Of a stretch of DNA of 64,000 bases, positions 10,182 to 18,257 are shown piece after piece. The stretch is taken from the NCBI GenBank assembly GCA_040220875.1, contig JAVJVX010000005.1, positions 521,665-585,664 on the forward strand, written 5' to 3'. A program made the translations under genes and the position numbers. This DNA is from Alphaproteobacteria bacterium. Its GTDB lineage: Bacteria > Pseudomonadota > Alphaproteobacteria > JAVJVX01. A model generated the notes under the pieces. The model made no database searches. It saw only the letters and a list, made by a program, of their open reading frames with translations, and was not told the origin of the DNA. Within the stretch, counting starts at the first letter, position 1; each line of letters opens with the position of its first letter.

Positions 10182-12281
10182 TTAAAACTCGATCACGATG
10201 TTGCGATAAGGGTCCATGCGTGCACGGTGCCCGTCCTGGACGACGATGGTGGTGATGGGGGTCAGGATCACGGCCGCCCCCTCGATCACATTGCCCGGCT
10301 TCAAAGCCTCGAACCGATAGATCCTGCCGTCAACGAAAGAATCCGCGTTCAATGCGTAGATGCGCTTTGTGCCGATCAGCGCGGCCGCCGGATCCGCCGG
10401 GCCTTCCTCGAGCGGCACCATGCCGGGCGTGTTCAGCCGGCCCCGGGCCGTGAGACGGACCATCCGGATCTCGACTCCGGCCTCCTTGTAGGCCGAGCCC
10501 TTGCCGTATTTATCTTCGTAAAGCTGCTCGAAATCAGCGACCAGTCGCTCAAGCCCCGCCTCGTCCAGCGGCATATCGGCGCCGACCCGCGTGGTCACCT
10601 CATGCACCTGGCGGCGATAGCGCAGATCGGCTGCCAGATCCAGTTCGATCCGGTCATCCGAGAACCCTTCCTCGCGGAGGCGTGCCTGGCCTGCGGTGAT
10701 GAGCGCCGACAGCAATTCGTTTAACGTCTTTACCTCGCCCGGCACACGAATGGCGCAAGGTGTCGAGAATTCGTGCACCACGTCCGAGGCCACCATGCCA
10801 TAAGCGCAGTTGACGGAAGCGGTATAGGGAATGATGACGCGGCGAACACTGAGTTCGGCGCCGAACGCGTCTGCCAGAAGGGCGCAACTGCCCCCGAAGG
10901 CATGGATACTGAATTCGCGCGGATCATGGCCACGCTCCACCGTGACCTTACGGATGAGATCGGTGATCTGGGCGGCGGCGACCTTGTAGACGCCGACAGC
11001 CGCTTCCTCGACATCAAGGCCGAGGGGCCGGGCCACTTTTTCTTCGAAGGCACGGCGCGCACCCTCAACGTCCAGCGACAGCGATCCGTTGAGGAAGGTC
11101 GTCGGATCCATATAGCCGATCAGGGTCATCACATCGGTCAGCGCAGGCTCTGTCCCGCCCAGGCCGTAGCAGACCGGCCCCGGATTGCTTCCGGCGCTCT
11201 CCGGTCCGATGCGAAGCGATTTCGTCGCTGCATCAGCGCGTACCAGGCTGCCGCCGCCGGCACCGATCGAGACGATGTCGAGCTTGGGCGCCGTATAGTG
11301 GTAGCGGTCGACGATCGGTTCGCGGGCGTACTCCAGAAGCCCGCCGCGAATGACACCGACCTTGAAGGTGGTGCCGCCCATGTCGGCCGCGATCACGTCG
11401 TCCTCGCCCATGAGCTGACCCAGATCCTGACTGCCGATCAGGCCTGCCGCCGGGCCGCATTCGAGCATGCCGATCGAACGCTCCGCCGCCTCTTCGGCCG
11501 AGAGCAGCCCGCCATAGCCCTGCATCACCAGGACCGGCCCCTCATAGCCAGTCGATTTGAGCTGTTTTTGCAGATCGGTCAGATAAGCGTGGGTGACCGG
11601 CCCGGTATAGGCGTTGATCACGGTTGTCGATGTGCGTTCGTATTCGCCGGGCACCGGCGCAATCTCCTTGGATAGGGAGACATAGATTTCGGGGTCGATG
11701 CGCCCGATGATCTCCCGGATCTTTTCCTCATGGGCGGGGTTCGCGAAACTCCAGAGCAGGCTGACGGCCACGGCCTCGGCTCCGGTGCGATTCAGCAGAT
11801 CGCGCAGCGCGGCCTCGGTCTGCCGTTCATCCAGCTCGACCACGACCTCGCCCGCGGCATCCACCCGCTCCGTCACGCCGAGAATGGCGCTCTTATCCAC
11901 CAACGGACGCGCCCGGTGGGTCTTGACGGGATGCTTGATCTCCTCTTCCGTCAGCCCGCCCCAGCGGCCATAGGCGGCGCGCGTCATGGCAAGCGTGTCC
12001 TCGAACCCCCGTGTCGTGACAAGCGCCGTGGCGCCGCCGCTGCGGGTCAGGATCGCGTTGTCGACCACCGTGGACCCATGGACGAAGAGCCGCGTGTCGC
12101 GGAAGAGCTCCTCGACGGTGATGCCGAGATCGTCGGCCGCGGTTTTGATGGACGCCATGACGCCGTTGGCGAATTCAGGCGGGGTCGAGAGCGCCTTGCC
12201 CAGCGCGACGCCATGCTCGTCGGAAAAAACCACCGTGTCCGTGCACGTGCCCCCCACATCCGTCGCCACGACATAGCTCAT
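10182..12281 (-). CDS. Hydantoinase A / oxoprolinase family protein (HyuA-like)
   Basis: N-terminal VATDVGGTCTDTVV (hydantoinase/ASKHA fold). 699 aa. Confidence 0.9.
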   Translation of the reverse strand: MSYVVATDVGGTCTDTVVFSDEHGVALGKALSTPPEFANGVMASIKTAADDLGITVEELFRDTRLFVHGSTVVDNAILTRSGGATALVTTRGFEDTLAMTRAAYGRWGGLTEEEIKHPVKTHRARPLVDKSAILGVTERVDAAGEVVVELDERQTEAALRDLLNRTGAEAVAVSLLWSFANPAHEEKIREIIGRIDPEIYVSLSKEIAPVPGEYERTSTTVINAYTGPVTHAYLTDLQKQLKSTGYEGPVLVMQGYGGLLSAEEAAERSIGMLECGPAAGLIGSQDLGQLMGEDDVIAADMGGTTFKVGVIRGGLLEYAREPIVDRYHYTAPKLDIVSIGAGGGSLVRADAATKSLRIGPESAGSNPGPVCYGLGGTEPALTDVMTLIGYMDPTTFLNGSLSLDVEGARRAFEEKVARPLGLDVEEAAVGVYKVAAAQITDLIRKVTVERGHDPREFSIHAFGGSCALLADAFGAELSVRRVIIPYTASVNCAYGMVASDVVHEFSTPCAIRVPGEVKTLNELLSALITAGQARLREEGFSDDRIELDLAADLRYRRQVHEVTTRVGADMPLDEAGLERLVADFEQLYEDKYGKGSAYKEAGVEIRMVRLTARGRLNTPGMVPLEEGPADPAAALIGTKRIYALNADSFVDGRIYRFEALKPGNVIEGAAVILTPITTIVVQDGHRARMDPYRNIVIEF

Positions 12282-12395
12282 CCGGTATCCTTTTCTGCGC
12301 TATTCCCTGCCCACGCCCGGTGGCGCCCAGCCGGACGATAATATATTTAATTTCAATTGAAATCCAACGATAAAACGCCGCGGCGCGGCCGCCAT

Positions 12396-13070
12396 TCAGG
12401 CCCGGCCACGAGTTGTCGCTTTCCGCCGGGGGGCGCCCGTTCGCCGCCGCGGCGCGGGGGTCGCGCCCTTCTCCCTGCCGGTCTCAGCCGGCGTGGCACC
12501 TTTTGCGGCACCCCGCCCGTAGGTGGCCGTCACCCGCGTGCCTTCATCGAAAACCCCGGTCAGGATGTGAACGAGATCCGTCGTGGCGTCGATTTTCTTC
12601 CCCGGCAACGCCATCGAGCGGATCATCGGCCCCAGCACCTGGCGCTTCAATTCGGCGAAATTCTCGGTCGCTGCCGTCCCCTCCGGGGTCACCAGATATT
12701 CGTAGGATTTCTTTTTCGATCCCGGTTTCAGCCGGATGAGCTTGAGGTCGCGCAACTTGCGCAGGCTGTACTGGATGTTGGAGTGATCATCGCGGTTCAT
12801 CAGAGTACCCAGTACCGCGGCGCTTTTCGGCCGATCCTGCATCCGGATAACGTTGAGCAGCACGATCTCGTTCGCCGACAAAACATGGCCACTGGCCGTG
12901 CGGATGCCCACCTCGTTGAAGCGGTTGAAGGCCGACACAAAGCGCAGGATGGCAAATTCCAGCTCGGTGAGCGAGATCTCCTCCGCGTCACGCGCCAGAT
13001 GCCAGGATTTATCGAAATCCACCGTCGGATTTTGCGGCACGGGTTTTCGGGTCATGTTCCAGGCGGTCAA
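12396..13070 (-). CDS. Putative winged-helix transcriptional regulator with a basic Arg/Pro-rich tail
   Basis: 224 aa. The predicted HTH-like region is ISLTELEFAILRFV…SANEIVLLNVI. It sits upstream of, and on the same strand as, the hydantoinase operon. Confidence 0.45.
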   Translation of the reverse strand: MTAWNMTRKPVPQNPTVDFDKSWHLARDAEEISLTELEFAILRFVSAFNRFNEVGIRTASGHVLSANEIVLLNVIRMQDRPKSAAVLGTLMNRDDHSNIQYSLRKLRDLKLIRLKPGSKKKSYEYLVTPEGTAATENFAELKRQVLGPMIRSMALPGKKIDATTDLVHILTGVFDEGTRVTATYGRGAAKGATPAETGREKGATPAPRRRTGAPRRKATTRGRA

Positions 13071-13140
13071 GCGGTCAAAATGAAACTGCCGGCCAGTTTA
13101 CACTGGCCGGCAGTTATATTGCGAGTGATGTCCGCTGGGT

Positions 13141-14466
13141 TTAGCGGCCCGTCTCCTCGAGCACCGCGAGGTTGAAGTCCTCGGGGCTCAGGCCTGGCGG
13201 GTTCATTTCGCAAGCGCCACCACCCTCGATGGTGAAGAAGGTCGCGTGGTCGCGCTGGAAATCTATGTTCACACCGAACGAGGTGAACATGTAGATGGCG
13301 GGGTTGCCGTTGGCGTCACGCCATCCGTCCAGCGATTCGTAGACCCTGTTGGCAAACGAGGCCCATTTCCAGAATTCGCCCTTCTGGTCGTATCCGGCCA
13401 TGAAGTAGGGCCGCCAGATTTCGGCATCGAACCAGTTGATCTTGCGCGAATACGGATGGTATTCGGGCGGCGTCGATTCGACGACGTAGACCGGACGCAC
13501 TTCCCACATGTCCCTGGTATTCCAGTAGGGCTCGGTGCTCAGATCGATCCGCGGGAAGGTATCCTGATCGGAACTGGCGTTGGGATACCATGAGCCGCGA
13601 TCGGTGAGCGGCACGTCCTTGGCGCTGTTGGCGTGTGCGAAGACATGCGTCTTGCCGAGCAGCTTGTAGCTCTTGTACCAGCTGGGATGGGCGTTGAAGG
13701 TTTCAAGATCGTCCTGCAACTGGTCGGTTCCGCCGATGGGGTCCATCCAGGCGCCGCCCGACAGGCGGCGGATCCGGCGGACGGTGCGGATATAGGCCCA
13801 GATGTCATCCAGCTTGGGATCCCAGTACCGGATGGAAAAGGTGCCGAGGCCCTTGATGTCCTGCGGGAAGCGGGCGAAGAGCAGGCTCTTGTGGTACTGC
13901 GATCCGTCACCCTCCACGTAGGGTTGGTTGACCCGGGCCCGCATGTAGTAGCGCGCGAAGGTCCAGTGCTGGATGCGCTCGATCCCCTGCGAGCCTTCGA
14001 TGAAGACCTGGGCGAACGGGCACCAGAACTGGTCGCCGTGGGGCTGCATCGTCGTGTAGTTCCAGACGATCTTCGCAGCCACGTCCGGGTCGTCCGCGTT
14101 GATTTCCGGGAACGGAATGCCGGTCGTGTAGTTCTGGATCATGTTGGTGGTGGGATCGAGGCTGGCCTGGCCCTTGTACTGCTCGGTCAGCTGATTGATC
14201 CGCGGATCGTAGGGCATCGGATTGGTTGCCTCGACCGGGCGGATTTTCAGGTTCTTGTTGCGGACCTGCCATTCCAGCCGCTCCGGAATGAGGTCGCCCA
14301 CCTTGTGACCTTCGAAGGTCTGGGTCTTGACCTGGTCGATATTCGCAGCACTGATGACCGTCCCCGGGGCCAACTCCTCGGCGCCGGCGCTCGCCGACAG
14401 GCCGAGAGCGGCCGCGAACCCGACCGTGCCTGCGAATACGCGCATGCGGTCTCTTCTAGTTAACAT
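13141..14466 (-). CDS. DUF1329 family periplasmic protein (LolA-like), paralog 1
   Basis: Family motifs GIPFPE…KIVWNY, VRRIRRLSGGAWMD and RPVYVVESTPPEYHPYSRK…FDAEIW. Start reassigned to the ATG at 14466 with RBS GAGGAG 7 nt upstream. Signal peptide MRVFAGTVGFAAALGLSASAGA. Confidence 0.7.
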   Translation of the reverse strand: MLTRRDRMRVFAGTVGFAAALGLSASAGAEELAPGTVISAANIDQVKTQTFEGHKVGDLIPERLEWQVRNKNLKIRPVEATNPMPYDPRINQLTEQYKGQASLDPTTNMIQNYTTGIPFPEINADDPDVAAKIVWNYTTMQPHGDQFWCPFAQVFIEGSQGIERIQHWTFARYYMRARVNQPYVEGDGSQYHKSLLFARFPQDIKGLGTFSIRYWDPKLDDIWAYIRTVRRIRRLSGGAWMDPIGGTDQLQDDLETFNAHPSWYKSYKLLGKTHVFAHANSAKDVPLTDRGSWYPNASSDQDTFPRIDLSTEPYWNTRDMWEVRPVYVVESTPPEYHPYSRKINWFDAEIWRPYFMAGYDQKGEFWKWASFANRVYESLDGWRDANGNPAIYMFTSFGVNIDFQRDHATFFTIEGGGACEMNPPGLSPEDFNLAVLEETGR

Positions 14467-14764
14467 CCCGTACTCCTCAAGTTTATGAATTTGGTTTCCC
14501 GTCTCGAACCCATCGTGCTCCGAGGCAGGGCTGTCCACCCCAGACCGGTACCGATGCGTTCCCCCCAGAAAATTTCTGTCCCCCTTCTTTCGAGTGGGTT
14601 CGTGCTCAAGAATAACGGGGAATTCCATTCGCGGACAACATGAAAAGGATTTCAGACTCCGGATTTTTGACGCCCCGTCTGTCGCGCGACTCGGGACCGC
14701 GCCAACCCGCCCGCCGCGCCGAAAGCCGCGATTGCCCGTGATATCACGCGTCGCGGCGCGGCCG

Positions 14765-14781
14765 TGACCCTGCCAGGGTCA
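14765..14781. promoter_or_regulatory. Perfect 8-bp inverted repeat tgaccctg-c-cagggtca (candidate operator)
   Basis: Lies in the 370-nt intergenic region between the receiver gene and DUF1329 paralog 1. Confidence 0.25.
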
Positions 14782-14835
14782 TGAAAATATCACCAAAACG
14801 TGAGGCTCGCGTGCGCGTCGGCACGGTGCTGGAAA

Positions 14836-15246
14836 CTAGTTTTCCCGCGGTAGCCCGAGGGCCTCGCGCACGAAGCGGCGCAACTGACGGACAGGTACCG
14901 GCTTGTCGACGACGGCGTGGACTGCGACCCGTGCCCGATTGGCCCTGGCGACGGCATCAAAATCGCCTGACATCAGGATGATTTTGGCCGCCGGGTTGGC
15001 GGAGACCGCCATCTCCGCCACCTGGATCCCGTCGATCCGGGGCATGTTGATATCGATTATGAGCACGCGGGGGCGCAGTTCTTGAATCGTCGCGATCGCG
15101 CCGGTGCCGCTCAGCTCCTTGTAAATCGTGACACCATCCATTTTCAGCGCTTCGGCCACCAGCCGCACTGCCTCGATATCGTCGTCGACAACGAGGACGG
15201 CCTTGCTTTTTTTCTGGTAGTCACCTTCAACAACTTTCAGGGTCAT
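14836..15246 (-). CDS. Single-domain response-regulator receiver (CheY-like)
   Basis: VLVVDDD acidic pocket and phospho-acceptor context LIIDINMP. 136 aa. Located immediately downstream of the hybrid kinase gene. Confidence 0.85.
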   Translation of the reverse strand: MTLKVVEGDYQKKSKAVLVVDDDIEAVRLVAEALKMDGVTIYKELSGTGAIATIQELRPRVLIIDINMPRIDGIQVAEMAVSANPAAKIILMSGDFDAVARANRARVAVHAVVDKPVPVRQLRRFVREALGLPREN

Positions 15247-15256
15247 GGTCCTTGTC

Positions 15257-16648
15257 TCATTGTCTGTCCGAGATCATCTCGAGGACCTTTCGTCCGAGTG
15301 TGATGAGATCCAGCGGTTTCTCCAGAAGGGCGGTGTTGCCGTCCTGCAGATGGTCAGAGATCTCGCCGATATGGCTCGAGCCCGTGACGAAGATGACCGG
15401 CAGGCGCGGGTCACGCGCCCGGAGAAGTCGAAAAAGCGCTTTGCCATCCATGCCGGGCATGCGGAGATCGGTGATCACGATATCGGCGGCGGCGGCGGCA
15501 AAAGCGTCTGCGGCGGCGCGGCCTTCCTGGAAGGTCTCGACGACGCACCCCAGCGCGGTCAGGTAGGTCGCGACCATTTCCATCGCTTCCTTCTCGTCCT
15601 CGACGACAAAAACCCGCGCATCGATCCTGGTTACTCCGGGATTGAGGAGTCCGGGCGCGTTTTCGCTCGGGCGCGCCTCGTAGCTCACGGCTTCACCACC
15701 GCCCCCCGACTTTGCCCGCGCGCCCGAAGCCGGCAGGGTCACGCGGAACTCGGCCCCGCCCGGCACGTTCTCGACACTCACGCTGCCGCCCATTCGGCGG
15801 ACGATCGTCAATACGTTGGCGAGCCCAAGCCCCGTACCCTTACCCTCCTCCTTGGTCGTGAAAAAGGCGTCGAATATCTTGTCCTTGTGTGCCGCGACGA
15901 CGCCGCCGCCCGTATCACGTACCGTGAACCATGACATGTTGAGGGCGGCTTCTTCGGCAAGGTAGAGCGAGATTTCGCCGATCGGGCCGTCGCCCTTTAC
16001 CGACCGACCATTCTGCGCGGGCGCATCGCGCGCATTCTGCACGACCGCATCGCGTGCATTCTGCACGACCGCATCGCGCGCATTCTGCACAAGGTTGATG
16101 ACGATCTGTTCCACCTGAATGGCGAAACCCGTCGTCAACAGATGACTCTGCGCCACATCGACATTGAAACGGATGTGTGCGCGCTCCAGTTCGGCCTCGA
16201 GAAGCCGGGCCGCGCCAAGCAGCGCCTGGCTGAGCAGGAAATCCGAGGGCCGGCCCCCTTCCTTGCGGGCGAAACCCCGCATGTGGCGGATCATCTCGGC
16301 CATGCGCTGGGTTTGTCGCCGAATGGCACGAAAACGCGCGATCAGGGGCGAAGTGCCGTTCTCATCCGACATGATCGCCATATCGGCCTCCATGCGGATG
16401 ACATTGAGCGGCTGGTTCAGCTCATGGGTCAGGGTGGCCGCCATCTGGCCCAGAGACGCCATCTTCTGGGTCTGGACGAACTGGCTTTGCAGCAATTCGC
16501 GTTCGGTCGTATCACGGCCGGTCAGGATATAGATCTGCCGCCCACCGAGAGACATGCGGGTCAGGGCGGCATCGAAGGGAAACTTGCGTCCGGAAGGGCT
16601 TGCTCCCGAAAGACGCATGAATTTTGTCGCCGCCTCGTCATCCTCCAC
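15257..16648 (-). CDS. Hybrid sensor histidine kinase (HisKA-HATPase-REC); 3' part of a frameshifted PAS-kinase gene
   Basis: H-box LTHELNQPL, N-box NLVQNARDA (triplicated in tandem), G-box GTGLGL, and a C-terminal receiver (VFVVEDE…ITDLRMPGMDG). The N-terminus begins mid-PAS domain (RKFPFDAALTRMSLGGRQIYILTGRDTTERE). Confidence 0.8.
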   Translation of the reverse strand: MEDDEAATKFMRLSGASPSGRKFPFDAALTRMSLGGRQIYILTGRDTTERELLQSQFVQTQKMASLGQMAATLTHELNQPLNVIRMEADMAIMSDENGTSPLIARFRAIRRQTQRMAEMIRHMRGFARKEGGRPSDFLLSQALLGAARLLEAELERAHIRFNVDVAQSHLLTTGFAIQVEQIVINLVQNARDAVVQNARDAVVQNARDAPAQNGRSVKGDGPIGEISLYLAEEAALNMSWFTVRDTGGGVVAAHKDKIFDAFFTTKEEGKGTGLGLANVLTIVRRMGGSVSVENVPGGAEFRVTLPASGARAKSGGGGEAVSYEARPSENAPGLLNPGVTRIDARVFVVEDEKEAMEMVATYLTALGCVVETFQEGRAAADAFAAAAADIVITDLRMPGMDGKALFRLLRARDPRLPVIFVTGSSHIGEISDHLQDGNTALLEKPLDLITLGRKVLEMISDRQ

Positions 16649-18035
16649 CGGCCATCAGGTGCTTCAGGTTTTCTGCCTCGTAGGTGCTGAAAAGAACATT
16701 CACGGGTGCACCGATCGTATCGTGTTCGTTCCGGCCGAAGACCCGCTGGGCGGCACGATTGAGCGATTCGATCAGACCGCCGGGGCTGATCGTCACGATG
16801 GCCTCGCCCGCCTGCTCCAACACGGTGCGGATGCGGCGCTCCTGCGCCATCAGATCCGCTTCGGCCTTCTTTCGCGGGGTGATGTCCGAAAAGGTATCGA
16901 CGATGCCATCCCTGAACGCGATAGCCCTGACCTCGAGCCAGACATCGCCCTCCGCGGTTGGCTGGCGATACTCAAATTGCTGCAGTTGCGATGTTTCAAT
17001 CGCATCAACGAATTTTTGAAACAGGCCTGTGTCCCGTGCTTCGGGAAAGGCCCCGAGCAGGGAATTTCCGACAAGTGTTCCGCCCCGATAGCGCAGCAAC
17101 CTCTGGGCTGCGCGGTTCACCAGGTCGTTCCTGAAGTCGACGATCCGGCCCGTGTCATCCCGAATGGTCGTCAATTTGGCGATGCCGATGGAAGACGCCT
17201 CGAAAATCCCCTCAATGAGAGCGAGCGCCGCATCCCGTTCGGTCATGGTCTGACGTTCTTCCGTCACATCGAGCGATATGCCCCCCAGGCCGACGAGGGC
17301 GCCATCCGAAGCGGTGACGGGAAACTTGATCGATTCGAAAATTCGTTCGCGGCCATTGAGCACAGCCATCTCATCGACGGTAACGGTTTTTCCGGCCTTC
17401 ATCACCGCGAGGTCGTTCTCACGCAGTCTATTGCCCAGATCGGTCGGGTGAATTTCCTGGTCCGTCCGCCCGATCATGTCTTCCGGGTTTAGCCCGTAGA
17501 ATTCGGACCCGTAGGTACTGTGCAGCAGGTATCTTCCGTCCGGGGTCTTGAAATAGACCGCAGCCGGCACGGCGTGCAGGAAGGCCAGGAACCGGGCCTC
17601 AAGATCCTTGTGCAGTTTTTCGAGGCGCTGCACCTGATCCAGGCCGGCGACCGGATTGGCCTCGCGCAGGCTGACGATGAGGCGCTCGTCCATGGGGTTC
17701 AGGCGGATCAGGAAATCGGTTCCCTCATGATCCTTGAAACGGTGCAGGAGGCTTTCCGGCCTGACCTGATCGAGGACACGGGACAGGATGCGCGCGAATC
17801 CGTCGGGCAGGGGCGCCGGCATCACAGCGGCCAGCGACGAGAGATCGCCGGCACTGCTGGCCAGCAATCGCGCCTTCCGGTTGCGATAGAGACAGATGAA
17901 GTCCTCGAGCCGTTCGCCCGGCCCCTGGCGTTCGACGAAATAGACCGCCTCGTCGGCGGTTTCGACGACCGCCCCCAGCATGTCCCGTGGCAAGGAGGCG
18001 ACTCGCCAGACTTGAGGTTTTGGGGCTGATGACAC
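16638..18035 (-). CDS. Multi-PAS sensor segment; 5' part of the frameshifted hybrid histidine kinase gene
   Basis: Several PAS-like repeats. It ends GRNEHDTIGAPVNVLFSTYEAE…, the first half of a PAS domain whose second half continues in the +1 frame at the start of ORF 15257..16648. Confidence 0.75.
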   Translation of the reverse strand: MSSAPKPQVWRVASLPRDMLGAVVETADEAVYFVERQGPGERLEDFICLYRNRKARLLASSAGDLSSLAAVMPAPLPDGFARILSRVLDQVRPESLLHRFKDHEGTDFLIRLNPMDERLIVSLREANPVAGLDQVQRLEKLHKDLEARFLAFLHAVPAAVYFKTPDGRYLLHSTYGSEFYGLNPEDMIGRTDQEIHPTDLGNRLRENDLAVMKAGKTVTVDEMAVLNGRERIFESIKFPVTASDGALVGLGGISLDVTEERQTMTERDAALALIEGIFEASSIGIAKLTTIRDDTGRIVDFRNDLVNRAAQRLLRYRGGTLVGNSLLGAFPEARDTGLFQKFVDAIETSQLQQFEYRQPTAEGDVWLEVRAIAFRDGIVDTFSDITPRKKAEADLMAQERRIRTVLEQAGEAIVTISPGGLIESLNRAAQRVFGRNEHDTIGAPVNVLFSTYEAENLKHLMAGGG

Positions 18036-18257
18036 GGGGCGGGCCTATACGCAGTGTGCGGTTGCGGCAGCACGGGATGAGCGAGGTGCGTCCGCCGGCG
18101 AAGGCCGACTATAACACAGGGGATAGGAAAATCATCATAAGACCGGGGATGGCCCGTTAACCCTGACCGCCCGCAGCCTCATTGTGATAGCCGGGTGATA
18201 GCCGGGTGATAGCCGGAATTTCGATGAATTCGAGGTGCCGGCGAAGGCGCCGCAAAG

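Noticed and set aside
8340-10724. 794-aa ORF on the plus strand
   Set aside because: It lies antisense to the hydantoinase B/A genes and has Arg/Gly/Ala/Pro-rich composition with no domain motifs. This is a typical stop-poor reverse frame in high-GC DNA.
12357-13175. 272-aa plus-strand ORF
   Set aside because: Antisense to the regulator gene, with Arg/Pro-rich composition.
16554-17492. 312-aa plus-strand ORF
   Set aside because: Antisense to the PAS sensor gene.
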